A stretch of 64,000 bases of DNA, taken from positions 113,336,001 to 113,400,000 of the forward strand of contig OZ024740.1 in the NCBI GenBank assembly GCA_964016885.1, given 5' to 3'. Positions within the stretch are counted from its first letter, which is position 1. Each line of letters opens with the position of its first letter. The notes beneath the pieces were generated by a model, which had not been told where the DNA came from, ran no database searches, and saw only the letters and a list, made by a program, of their open reading frames with translations. Of the stretch, positions 1 through 12,297 are shown one piece after another. A program made the position numbers and the translations under genes. This stretch comes from Eledone cirrhosa (taxonomy: Eukaryota).

Positions 1-498
1 ACACTCAAAATAATCAAAAGCAAAAGACAACCGAAATCACTAAAAACATTACTCACCAATGCCAAATTACCTACCACAAATCCACAACCAACTGTCAAAA
101 AATGTGGTCGCCTCAGTTGTGGAACCTGCACTCACCTCATTGAAGGCAACACGTATACATTTAAATCAGGACAACATTTTACTGTAAAAAATCACTTCAC
201 TTGCTTATCAAAAAATCTAATTCATACAATTAAATGTAAAGGATGCAATGAAGATTATATAGGACAAACTAAACTCACACTCAGAAACAGAATGATAGTT
301 CATCGCCAACAATTACGAGATCCAACCACGAGACAGATACCATTAAGTGCACATCTAGACATTTGCGCAAGTAATAAGACACCCAAATTCCAAGTCTTTC
401 CATTTTATCTTTGCGCTGACAATACAACAGAACAAATACGAATAAATAAGGAAAATATGTTTCTTCAAAACTATAGACCAGCATTAAATATAGTTTAA
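1..498 (+). CDS. C-terminal part of a Penelope-like element ORF (Cys-rich linker + GIY-YIG endonuclease), runs off the window 5' edge
   Basis: Frame 1 is open from base 1 to TAA at 498: KRQPKSLKTLL...CGRLSCGTC...NLIHTIKCKGCNEDYIGQT..LRNRMIVH...KE..F...LN. GIY-YIG-like motif plus a CxxxxCxxC linker, as in Neptune-type PLEs. Confidence 0.88.
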   Translation, partial: TLKIIKSKRQPKSLKTLLTNAKLPTTNPQPTVKKCGRLSCGTCTHLIEGNTYTFKSGQHFTVKNHFTCLSKNLIHTIKCKGCNEDYIGQTKLTLRNRMIVHRQQLRDPTTRQIPLSAHLDICASNKTPKFQVFPFYLCADNTTEQIRINKENMFLQNYRPALNIV

Positions 499-514
499 TA
501 TACAATATGTCAAC

Positions 515-990
515 ACCATAACATGCTAACCATCCAAACAGACACATACACACACACATAACACCTTCTACTTTAGAAAATAAAAACCACAACTAAATAA
601 ACCTTAACATACGTTAATACTCTAACACCTTAGCATGCTAACCACACACCCCACGCACACACACATACCCCCCCCATTTCTACTAACAGAATCATTTTCC
701 TACACACAACACACACAAAAAAAATATATATATTCTATCCATCTTAACATGCTAACCATACTCCCACACACACATACACACACTCACACATAACACCCAC
801 ACACAAACACAAAATATATATATTCTCTCCATCTTAACATGCTAACCATACTCTCACACACACATACACACACACACACGTAACACCACCCCCCCACACA
901 CAACTCCTTCCCCCATTTCTACTAATAGAATCATCTTCCTACACACACACTCACACACACACACAAGCACACAGATAAACATACATATCT
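515..990 (+). repeat. Degenerate minisatellite of (t)taacatgctaacca units separated by CA-rich runs
   Basis: Motif recurs near 520, 630, 744 and 834. Confidence 0.65.
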
Positions 991-1056
991 CTACTTTGTT
1001 TATTTCAATAGAAAGTCTGAATTCTGACACCCCAGCACACCAGCCATATTCACTGA

Positions 1057-1615
1057 ACCAGAACAATTCTCCTCATCCCATTACTCTTGACCATTATATT
1101 TTGTTTGGCACAAAATTCTCTAAGAGGCTGCAAAATAAATTCCTAAATACGGGCGTCAAGTTTAATGTACTATCACGTGATAGTCATAATTTCATTTATA
1201 ACCAATCAAATTACATTTCAGCACATCAGTAATACCCAGAACAACCCTCTCCATCCCTTTTTCTTGACCATTATCTTTTGTTTGGCACAAAATTCTCTAA
1301 ATGGCTATAAACAAATTCCAAAATACGGGCGCGAAATTTAATGTACTTGTTCACGTGACTGTATAATTTCATTTATGACCAATCAAATTACATTTATCAA
1401 AAAAAAGCCTTCGTGAGCCACTTTTTTTAAAGTAAAAAGAAATTCAAACACAAACTGGCGCGAAAGCTGATGTGCTTATTCACGTGACTGCATCAACCAA
1501 CCAAACTTCACTCATATATGAAAAAACAACCTGAGCCCCCATCCTTTTGTTTGAAGAACTTTGTAACGCGAACTGGCGCGAAATTTATTATACTTATTAA
1601 CAAACCAACCAAATT
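1057..1615 (+). promoter_or_regulatory. Iterated ~170-bp units carrying E2F-like, E-box and CCAAT motifs
   Basis: Units 1057-1218 and 1236-1395 align, and two partial units follow. GGCGCGAAA at 1328, 1457, 1575; CACGTG at 1174, 1352, 1481; CCAAT at 1202, 1379. Function is inferred. Confidence 0.5.
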
Positions 1616-1821
1616 ACTTCTCTAAAAACCTGGCATTTCCAGCCACTTTTTTTCCATATAAAGCAGACGTAACAACCAGATGTGAGAAAAAGCACAAACC
1701 CTCCATCTCAATTCTACTTTTAAAAGGCAGAAGAAATGCGAAACCGGTAAAGGAACCAAATAAATATATATATTTAAAAAAAAAAAACTCCAGTTGCATT
1801 TTCGATTCCATCTTTTTTCTT

Positions 1822-1878
<57 letters not shown>

Positions 1879-2183
1879 TTACGTACATGCTTATTTACGT
1901 ACATACACACGATATCTATCTATCTAACTATCTATCCTTCTCTATCTATCTATCTCTCTCTCTATCAGTCGTGTGTCACTTCGCGGAGAAGTTTCCGTTA
2001 ATTTATGTAAGAAAAAAACGTGAGTTTTTAGTTAAATTTTATATCATTGTGTAACTTGACCACCCGTCTGGACCTTCAGCTGGTGGGTCAACTCATTTTC
2101 GCCCCTTCAGGGGCGGAATATCCATTTAAAAAATTTTTCTCCATCGAATCTTGGAAAAAATATTGTAAAATTTTGATTACGTT

Positions 2184-4094
2184 ATGAACGCTGCGTCCAA
2201 CGATAATGGTGGTGGAGAGGCGGTAAGACTACAAAGCTCGCAGTCAACAACGTCTTCTTCACTAGATACTATAGAGATGGAAAGACAAAATGAAAATAAA
2301 AAAACGAATTCATATCCAAACAACACAAATGACACCAAACAGTTCAATGACAACAAAAATAACAGCAAAACCAATAATGATGATAAAAGCAACAATGATA
2401 ACAACAACAAAGAAAAAAAATAAAGACAACGCCAATAACACCAGCATCAAAGACAACAACAACACCAAGGAAAATACGGATGATACCAACATCGGTGACA
2501 ACAAGAATAACAACAACAATAACAACAATAATGACAACACCACCAATACGGATTCCACAACGAAACCAAAAATCTCCTTTGCAGAGAAAGTTCAAAAGAA
2601 AGAACAATTGATATATCTCGACATAACAAATGCTGAACACCTTTTAAAGGACGCTAAGAGATATGTCACCTTCGAAAAAATGGTGCTTTCAGCATCAATT
2701 CTCCGGTAGAAATTCGCAAGGAAACTGCTCTCAAAACGATAGTTTTGAGGACAGTTTCCAATTCTACCCGAAAACCAGTCCAATTGTCACAGAAAGATAT
2801 TGAACTGGTTTTCAAAGATTCAATGAATGATATTGCATTCATTCAAAGAAGCAAACTTTTTGGGAGTATTTCGGTACTCATGAAGGATCAATTGACGGCC
2901 CAAAATTACTCTGTGTCGCCAATTGTATCCAACCTGTACACCTTTTTCCCTACATACATGGAAAAAGGACACAAAAGATCAGAATTACAAGTGTCACACC
3001 AAAGGTGAACATATGGTGGATACTGTGCGGCTTCATCAATTTTGATGAAGACAGAATACTGTCAGTAGGAAAGTCCCCCAGAGATGTATTCAATGGGACT
3101 AGCATTGAAGTTCTGGTGCAAATGAGCCCAGAGCGAATAGCTATGATCCCACAGCTTGTGCTCCTGGACGGACTCACCTACATAAACCATTCGGTTGAGG
3201 GTAGGCGGCCTTCATGTTACCATTGCTTTAGCAGGGGTCACCTGAGGGCTTCCTGTCCTAAACTAATGAACCAAAAAATGGCTCTTCTGCCGACACCCAA
3301 CAAAACAACACAACCACCAACACCACCACAACAACAACAACACCAACACACAAAAATAACCACAACAAACACAGTCCCACCCAACCCCACTCCACCTAAA
3401 ACCACTGCAAAATCACATACAGACACAACAGCTCCCCAAGACATACCCCTCCCCAATCACACAGGCGATACAACAGATGAGGCTATCTCGCCATCACCCA
3501 GTGAAGACGAGGGAGAACCCCATCGCTCGAAAAGAAAGAAAAGACATCACAAAAGCAAAAAACCAGCAAACACTACCACAAACATACAACCACCAAAACA
3601 AACAACAAAAATATCACAAACAAAACCCCCACCTCCTGAAAACAAAATACCTACAACAAAACTACACACAAGAACTACAGACAAAAACAAACACAACACA
3701 AGAAAATTACACTTACACTTACATAAACACTGAAAATAAAACACTAATGGAGACCATCACGAACGACCCTTCGGTTTTCACCGAAGGGAAAACGTTCGCC
3801 CACTCTATTAAAAATAGCAAAAAACTGAACCTAAAACTGATTAGGGTCCCTATACAAACTTATAGGTCCCTAAAAGAAACATTTGAGAAGGATGTGGGGA
3901 ATTCCTGCGTGAAACCACTCAACCGCGTCCTTCTCAAATGCCTCCCCACCCCAGACACCCACATCCCACCAGACCCCACCCCACCAAACATCTGCATCCC
4001 CAAACCGCCGGAAACCACCACCCATCCAGACAACCCCTCCAACACCCCCATGGAGATCGTGCGGCCTGGTCCCCAGAAGGCGAAGGGTGAGTGA
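2184..4094 (+). pseudogene. Tx1 copy 1 ORF1 (gag-like, zinc knuckle), frameshifted
   Basis: Asn-rich N-terminus, VEGRRPSCYHCFSRGHLRASC (CX2CX4HX4C), Pro/Thr-rich linker. Split over several frames. Confidence 0.8.
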
Positions 4095-4127
4095 TCTCTT
4101 TTCCTCTTTTAACTTTTCAGCACCAAC

Positions 4128-7100
4128 ATGGCCAATATAAGAGTTGGATGTGTGAACGTACGCGGCCTGGGGTTGCCCTGGAAACAGGGCAAACTCTTAA
4201 ACGACCTCAGGTCGCACAGTATGGATGTGGTAGCCATTTGCGAGTCCAGGATCCACGGCGAGCGACAGCTGGCCCCCATCTTCGATGACTTTGAGATCTA
4301 CGCATCTCTCTGTCAACCGGGGGGAGGGGGCGGAGATGCCGTTTTGATGCGGAAACACCTGGGCCTCGTAACACAGACAGTACATCTGGACCCGGAGGGT
4401 CGACTGGGGGTCCTAGACGTTGACGGTATTGAAGGTGGAGCCTTCAGGCTGGTGGCCGCATATGCCCCATCCGGGACACCGCGGCCAGACTTCTTCAAAC
4501 GTCTAGAGACTTTTCTGGGAACGTCCCGCTCCTTGCTTTTAATGGGGGACTGGAATGGAATCCTAGATGCACGTTGGGACTATGTGGGAGCATGTCCCGA
4601 TAAAGGGGGGTGTAACAGCCTCAAACAGTTAATCGACCGATTTGACCTGGCCGATAGATATCGACTAGATTTTCCGACTGCGCCAATGTGGACGTGGAGT
4701 AATCGTAGCGGAACATCTAGATCGTACCTAGATAGGGTTCTAGTTAGAAATAAGGATAGGGACATGTTAAGCTGTCCACAAATGTTCATGGTTGCCTATT
4801 CAGATCACAAACTAGTGACCTGCATGGCCAACCTTGATAGAACCCATAGAAGAGGACCCGGCTACTGGAAGCTGAACTTGTCGTTACCGACAAGCAAAGC
4901 CTACAGTAGACGGATTAGCACTTTAGTTAAACAGCACTTGACAGGGGCCATTGTCAACAAAAGATGGTGGTACTCTCTCAAGAGGGCAGTTAGATTAGAC
5001 TCGATAGTTTTTAGTAAAGAATTAGCGTTAGATAGAAATAGAACCGAGAAGGAACTGGTAGATAAAGTAGAAGAGGCAATTAGAAGTGGCAACGTAGCCA
5101 GCGTGCTAGCAACGAGAACGGCCTTGGACCAGTTCTTCGACGCAAAGCACGAGGGTTGCGTTGTCAGAAGCAAAATACGTGTTCTGGGAAACGAGGGATC
5201 CAAAGCTGTTAGCTGGGCCCGAGTGACGGAGGCAAAAAGTGGCAACAAGTCCACGATTCGGTCTTTGAAGGACCAAAACGGACGCGTGATACGTGAGCCG
5301 AAGCAGATGTGTGCGGCTTTTCAGCGGCACTTTGCTCGACTGTTCGGGGGGAGCGGCGCGCCGGGAGAGGCTATGGATTTCGGTCCATACCTCGACGGCC
5401 TACCGCGACTCTCGGACAGCGGGGCAAAGTTCTGCGAAAAGTCGATTTCGGCCACTGAGAGAGGGGACGCGCTGAGCCAATGCGGCAAACGCAAATCTCC
5501 AGGTCTCGACGGTCTACCCTACGAATTTTACGTAGCAATTCCGGACTTATTCTCCGGTCTCCTGGAAACGGTCTACTGCAACTGGCAACAGAACGGGAGA
5601 ATTCCCAGTTCTGTAACCGGGGGGCGTGGTCACACTAATCAGGAAGGACGAGAATAAGGGGGATGACATAGGCAACTTCCGGCCCATAACTCTGCTAAAC
5701 ACAGAGTTACAGATTTTGGCCAAGGTGTTGGCAAAGAGGCTGGCGCTTGTCGTCGAGAACCTGGTGGGAGAAGCGCAGACATGCGCAATCCTGACCAGGT
5801 CCATACACGACAACCTCCACCTCATGCGATACATCATAGAGAGGGTAGGGTGTAAACCCGGCTTCGGTGGGGCCCTGATCAACTTGGATCAGTCTAAGGC
5901 TTTCGATAGGGTTGACCATCGTTACCTGGATGCGGTGCTCGAGGCGGCAGGCTTCGGACCCGTGTTCAGGGGCTGGATTGCTGCAGTGCACAACAGCAAC
6001 ATCTGCTCAAGGGTCAAGGTGAACGGCTACATCTCGGAGCCGTTCCATATTACGCGATCCATTCGACAGGGATGCCCTCTCTCCTCCCTTCTGTACGTAC
6101 TGACTCTCGAGCCACTACTGCGGAAGCTGGAGCTATTGCAGGGCATCCCTCTGGAACCGGGACTGCAGAAAGCGGCGTCGGCCTACGCCGACGACGTGAC
6201 AGTAATGGTGTCGAGCGCCTCGCAAATCGAGGAAGTCGGCACCTTACTAAAGGAATACGAAAGTCTCACAGGAGCGAAGCTGAACCGGGACAAGTCCATC
6301 GGTTTGCAACTCGGATCGTGGAGAGGCAGACCGATGCCTTCCGATGGCGTCGTCGGACGCTGGACGGAAGGACCGGTAAAGCTGCTCAGGGTCTGGTTTG
6401 GTCCGGACCTCCAGGTGGAGAAGAACTGGAACGAAGTGACGGCCAAGGTGTTTGCACTCACCCAGAAGTGGGCCGAGTGCAAACTATCCTTGAAAGGTCG
6501 AGCGGAGGTGGCGAACACTTTTATAGCGTCCGCCATCTACTACCGCTTGACCGTCGTGCCTTGTCCAGCCAAAACGCTCGCCAAAATGGAGCGCGCGCTC
6601 TTCCGATTCCTTTGGAAGAGGCGGGCTCCTTTGGTGAGAAGATCCATCTGCTGCCAACACCCTTCTAACGGAGGGCTGGGGATGCCGTGGTTGACGATGC
6701 GCAAACACGCGCTCAGGCTGCGGCATCTCTACGTATTCCTCACCGGACAACCGGTGTGGGCCCCGTTCGTGAGGCGAGCCTTCCCACGACTCGTCTCGCT
6801 GACCGAGCTGCAGTCCTGGGTCAAGCAAAGACCGAGGAAAATGAGCGACTGGCACATTGAATGTGCTCAGGCGCTCACAGCCCTCTGGCAGGCGGACCCG
6901 GCGATCAGTGGAGACTCCACTTCGTCATTCTATAGAGGGTTGGTCCGCAGCAAGTGCGACGACGCGCTCGGTGAAACTCTAGGCGTAGAGGAAGATGAAC
7001 TGGCCAGTCTGTTCGGTAGGACCTTCCGCCCGGGACCGATGGACAACTTCCAAAAGTCCCTTGTCTGGCAGTGCTACCGAGGACCTCTACCAGTTCGAGA

Positions 7101-7566
7101 CAAGCTCTACAGACATGGGCGCCCGGGCAGGGACCCTGCAAAAAAGATCTGTCCGAGGTGCGTGCGAGACGAAGAAACCGTCGCGCACGCATTCATACAC
7201 TGCCCGGGCGTCACTGACCTGTGGGGCTATGTAGAACGACTATTGTCGCGGGTGGGACCAATCCAGTTGACCACCGAGTCCATTGTCATGATCAAACCGC
7301 CACCCTCCTTCAAAAACGAAGGAGAGGCGGTTTTCCTTTGTGTGATAGCTATGGCGAAAGAGGTTGTATGGTGGACAAGGTTGAAAGGGCTGAGGTCAGA
7401 CACCTTTCTCTCCGGCCAACAACTGATTCTTTTTTTCAAATACCACTTTGGAAGAAGAATCAGGATGGAGAGAGAGGTGCTGTACCCCAGCAAGTTTTAT
7501 GAAAGGTGGGTGAAAGTGGCGAGAATGGCCCGAGTGAATGGGCCTTCTCTCTATATCAGCCTATAG
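4128..7566 (+). pseudogene. Tx1 copy 1 ORF2 (AP endonuclease, reverse transcriptase, C-terminal zinc finger), one frameshift near 5620
   Basis: APE motifs NVRGL, CES, YAP, GDWN, YLDR, SDH. RT motifs KSPGLDGLP, NFRPITLLN, DQSKAFDRV, RQGCPLS, YADD. CPRC..ET..H...HC. ORFs 4128-5657 and 5626-7566 overlap at a G run. Confidence 0.93.
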
Positions 7567-8582
7567 GTTGAGGAAAAGGAGGAGGAGAGGAAAGGAGTAC
7601 AAGCTCTTCGTACTCCTGGAGATGAGGGTTGCACATTTTTTTTCGGGGGTATGTGTTACCCATATAAACTGTCTCCCTCTATTGGGGAAAATCGACTAAC
7701 TTTTTTAAATTCCATTTGTGATAACATTTTACACGTTTTTATTGTATGTAAACTTCCCCCTTTGTATTTGTCCCCTTCTTTTGTGCCCCTGTGGCTAATA
7801 AAGAAATATATCTATCCTTTTCTATTTTCCACTCTATATCTATCTACCTTTTATATTTTCTCTCTCAGTTTTTAATATTGCTCTACATACAACTTCCATT
7901 CTAGCATTTGTCACCTTTTTCTTTTGCAAATCGAACTGTGACCAGTTCAGTTGATTTTCACCATGTCTCTTGTCTATTAATACTAGTTCGAGGATTTTGC
8001 TCAAACCAACTGTCAACCTCCCCCTCTTTCCCTCCCTCTCCCCATCTATCTACCTTTTTCCCCGCTCTCTCAGTTCTTAATACTCTCATATCCAGAACAT
8101 CCGTTCAAGCGTTTATCTGCCCCCTTTGTGATTGACCGCTGACCAGCGCAGATGAATTTCAACATATCCCTTGTCTGTTAATACTTTTTCTAGCGGTGTT
8201 GCTCGAATCAAGTTGCATTCATTTAATTCGTTCATTCCGACGGTTACTATCCACATTTGTGTTGCTCTGGATTATAAAATGTTCCTGTCCTATATTGGTA
8301 TACAGATTTTTTTTTTGTCCAACGTCCGTTGTGTTTTCTTCCCGAATAGCTATGCATGGGTAGCTTTGGTGGTGAATAGTCCGGACCTGACCGACAAAGC
8401 ATCCGAAACCATAATGATCCCCAAATACCGCCGTTTGAGCAGGAATTGTCTATATATTTGTCTCTTCCGAGTTATTTGTTTCTCACATGTCTCCTAAATG
8501 TCTTCTAAATATATATTTGTGCGAGTGAGTTTGTGTGTGTATATATGTATCTGACTTTACACACACATACACACTCACACAG

Positions 8583-8724
8583 ACAGTTCGTATCTAGCTG
8601 GTCGAAACGGCCGGAGCTCATCCGTCGAGGTCCTGATGCTTTTCCTATTACCCACTCTACTACCCTAAGTATCGAGTACACTGGTGCGTTATGGTCAACC
8701 TGGTTCCTTACCACACTTTCTTTG

Positions 8725-8726
<2 letters not shown>
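8583..8726 (+). repeat. Short interspersed repeat (family also at 22770-22895 minus and 26550-26670)
   Basis: Shared core gaaacggc..gagctca.ccgtcg.ggt...tattacccactcta; lies between CA and TA microsatellites. Confidence 0.75.
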
Positions 8727-8775
<49 letters not shown>

Positions 8776-9047
8776 GAGGTTGGGCAGCTGAGAGCATTTC
8801 TATTGAAGGTATGTATTAGTGTGGTTATGATGATGATTAAACATTTGAGCGTGAGATAGATAAAAACAATGACAGTAAACACAATAACGAAAACATAAAA
8901 ACAAAACAAAAAGACGACTACCAAGCAGAATTGGAAGAACTGAAAGAAAGAATTGAATAGAAATACATTCTTAGGAGAGAACCTACTCATATATAAATAA
9001 ATTAATGGATAAGTAAACACATAAAATAAAGGAAAATAAAAAAATAT

Positions 9048-9295
<248 letters not shown>

Positions 9296-9599
9296 TAACA
9301 TGACACGTGGTCGCAATTCCTTTTCGTTCCATAGAATATATATATTAACAGATTTAATCCGGTTGACCAAATATCTATTAATACGATTAAGTATTCATTG
9401 TGTCCTGTTCTTATATTTATTGTTATTATCATTATTTTCTTATTTGTTTTTTATGTATTGAACGTATATTTTCTGGTGTTGGCTTTTTTTTTTATTCGTA
9501 TCAGGGTTGGGTTGAATAAAGTATATGAGAATAAAGAAAATTGAGACGCTAAGACATTTTAATACAATATTAAAATATATCTACTTCCACCACCACTGA

Positions 9600-9628
9600 T
9601 GCTGCTGCTGCTACTACTAATACTACTA

Positions 9629-9718
<90 letters not shown>

Positions 9719-9720
9719 TA
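9600..9720. repeat. (CTA)n microsatellite
   Basis: Directly visible. Confidence 0.95.
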
Positions 9721-10562
9721 AAACTCCAACGACAAGATAAGTGAAGCGACAATAATAATTATTATTTCTAGCATAGCCACAAGTTAGTCCAATAAAATGG
9801 ATCTAATACATAACTGGCACTTTATTTCATTATCGACGAGCTTCGGAAGCATGAAATGGAAAGGTGAGCTCGGTAAGATTTGAAGAGATATGTTTGTAAC
9901 TATACACCGAAAGGAATCTTCTCCAACGTTCTAACAATTTTACCTCTCACCACCCTAACAATAATATGTAGCAGGATTTCCTTTATTTGATTCAATAAAA
10001 CAATAATCATAACAATTACAGTCCTATCACATCTCAGTATGCGAAGGGTTTTATGAAATCAACTCATATTAGATTTGTAAGTTCAGTGGAATTCATCGGC
10101 TTTTTCTGTTGTTTTCCAAATTGAACTTCATGCCAACACCTCGAACTTATCTTATTGTTGATCGCACTGTAGTAAATTGAAGAATTTGAAAAGAGAAATT
10201 AAAGAATTAGAGCAGATTGGTACTACTACACTTTATTTTGTGTGACTTTTATTTATTCGACAAATTTCAATTCGGTTATATAATGTTTGCAATAACAAAA
10301 AGAAAAAGAAAGAGGGAAAAAAATTAATAACGAAAGTAAGGATCCGCCATTCCAATCCTATGAAATATTTGTTTATCGACAAGTTTTAAACGCAGCGTTA
10401 ACCAAGGAGGAGTATGAAATCCGAGCACAATAGACAAGAACAAATATCGCAAGATGTTCAATCTAAACGCTCTAACGATATATTATTTATATAGTTATAT
10501 ATTTTTTATTGATATTTTCGTAATGAATAAAAAATATCGAAAAAATTGCAATGAATAATAAT

Positions 10563-10740
10563 TGTTTCTACTTTTGGCAAAAGGCCAGCAATTATGCCAA
10601 TGTATTACTGGTACTTTATTTTATCGATTCCGTAAGGATGAAAGGCAAAGTTAACCTAGGTGGGATTTGAACTTAAATCGCAAAGGAGCGTAACTCTATG
10701 CTACAAAGCATGGCGTCCGACCCTCTACCGACACTGCCAA
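10563..10740 (-). mobile_element. tRNA-type SINE copy with 10-bp TSD
   Basis: Reverse complement matches the SINEs at 20842 and 23789 (tggcagt.tcggtagag head, gttcaaatccc B-box-like, gcctttcatcc..cgataaaataaagtaccag core, ggcctt.tgccaaaagtagaaaca tail). Flanked by gaataataat at 10553-10562 and 10741-10750. Confidence 0.88.
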
Positions 10741-11599
10741 GAATAATAATACTAGCGATGGTTGCTGCAACGGTACTTGTAGCGGAATTGTTTTTGGATG
10801 GTGGTGGTTATGATGTTGGTGATGGTGGTTTTAGTGGTCTTGTTAGTGTGTTGGTGATGATGGTGGTCGCTGACGTTAAACTAATGGTGGGAATTGTGGT
10901 GGTAATATTGGTAATGCTGATATGAGTGGAAATAGTGGGGTGTTGCTGTAGGCTGAGATGATGGTGGCAACAGTAGTGATGTTTCTACTGGTGGTGGGGA
11001 AGATGTTAATGGATATGCTGATAGAGATTCCTATTGTTGACACTGTTGCGAATATTTTTTTTTATCACTGCGCAAAACAGGAAATCACTTTCGAAAAACT
11101 CTTGAACAATAACATAGCCTAAAGGAAACGATATCATTACAGGGAAGTTTGGCGCTGTTGTATGGGGTTTTGTAGTTGCTGTTGGTGGTAGTAAGGGTGG
11201 ATATAATTGTTGTAGGGTAGTTGATTGTAGTGATAGCGGTAACGTTGGCAATACTGATGGTGACTATGATAGTAATGGGAATGCTCGTAGTGGTAGTCGT
11301 AGTAGTGATGGTGGCAGCAGTGGTAATGAATATGATGATGATAGTGACTATGATGGTATGAACTATGATAAGAGTGGCACTCGTCGTAATGGTGGTGGCA
11401 GTGGTGGTTGTGGACCTTTTAACAGTAAAGCTAGTGAGAATTTCTGCGGTGAGTATTTCAATTGTTCAAACTCTTAAAACTACCGAAATATTCCACACAT
11501 ACGTGTATCCTTAAATTATCTCCCAAGCTGAACTACCCAGATACAATATGTCACCTTTCAATTAAAAATTCAGTCCATCTGTTTCCATCTCCCCAGTTC

Positions 11600-11722
11600 A
11601 ATTTATACCACTTGGATTGATCTGAAGTTATATTAGAGACACTTGTTTGAGTTGTCACTCATGAGTTTGAATCCGGGGACCACATGAGTGGGAAGCAAAA
11701 CGTTAGCTAATTAGACATGCTC
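11600..11722 (-). mobile_element. Degenerate head of a second SINE family
   Basis: Minus strand reads tgcttccca..catgtggtccccggattcaaactc...caagtgtct, a tRNA-like head. Highly diverged. Confidence 0.35.
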
Positions 11723-11979
11723 AAGTCCACTAAGTGAAGAAAACCTGTTAGGTACCTAAAATTGTTCCTGTATCAAGAGATGCGACCGAGAGACTATATC
11801 AACAGTAGAAAGATGAACCAGACGTAATTTTCTTGGCCAGAAAAGAAGGATCGGCCCCCATTGTCTCACCTTTCTTGTATGTTATTTCTAGTATATACAT
11901 TGACTGCCTATAGATTCCCTTTTGGCTGATAATAAATTTCATGAATACAACTGCAGATGTTTGAATTCGTGTTCAAAAT

Positions 11980-12042
11980 AGAAGAAGAAGAAGAAGAAGA
12001 AGAAGAAGAAGAAGAAGAAGAAGAAGAAGAAGAAGAAGAAGA
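11980..12042. repeat. (GAA)n microsatellite
   Basis: Directly visible. Confidence 0.95.
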
Positions 12043-12240
12043 GACAGAGTTCCCTGTACTTTTAACTGAGTCGTAGTGGTACAGAAATCCTTTGATTCTG
12101 GAATTCATCGTAGAGAGTAATAGTTCATTGCTTGATTCTTCATGCCAACTCACCACCATCTTGTGAAAGCATATAATTATTACTTAGCCACAAAAGTAAC
12201 AACATTATTAGTCGAGATGTCGTATAAATTTACTGCAAAA

Positions 12241-12247
12241 TTTATTA

Positions 12248-12297
<50 letters not shown>
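12241..12297 (+). repeat. (ATT)n microsatellite, 5' target flank of Tx1 copy 2
   Basis: Directly visible; abuts the element start. Confidence 0.93.

Larger units (their letters stand above)
1..1830 (+). mobile_element. Penelope-like retroelement 3' part with non-coding pseudo-LTR/tail
   Basis: GIY-YIG ORF followed by about 1.3 kb with internal repeats and a hammerhead-like remnant (1712-1758), ending at a (TA)n tract. Right boundary approximate. Confidence 0.7.
1965..7806 (+). mobile_element. Full-length Tx1-clade LINE (copy 1), flanked by TC/TATC-rich tracts
   Basis: Begins at Inr-like TCAGTC after a (CTAT/CT)n tract. ORF1 has a CCHC knuckle, ORF2 is APE-RT-CCHC, and the 3' end GCCCCTGTGGCTAATAAAGAAA resembles that of the other copies. 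Confidence 0.92.

Noticed and set aside
10760-11410. GGT/GAT-rich stretch with short ORFs
   Set aside because: Low-complexity decayed trinucleotide sequence.
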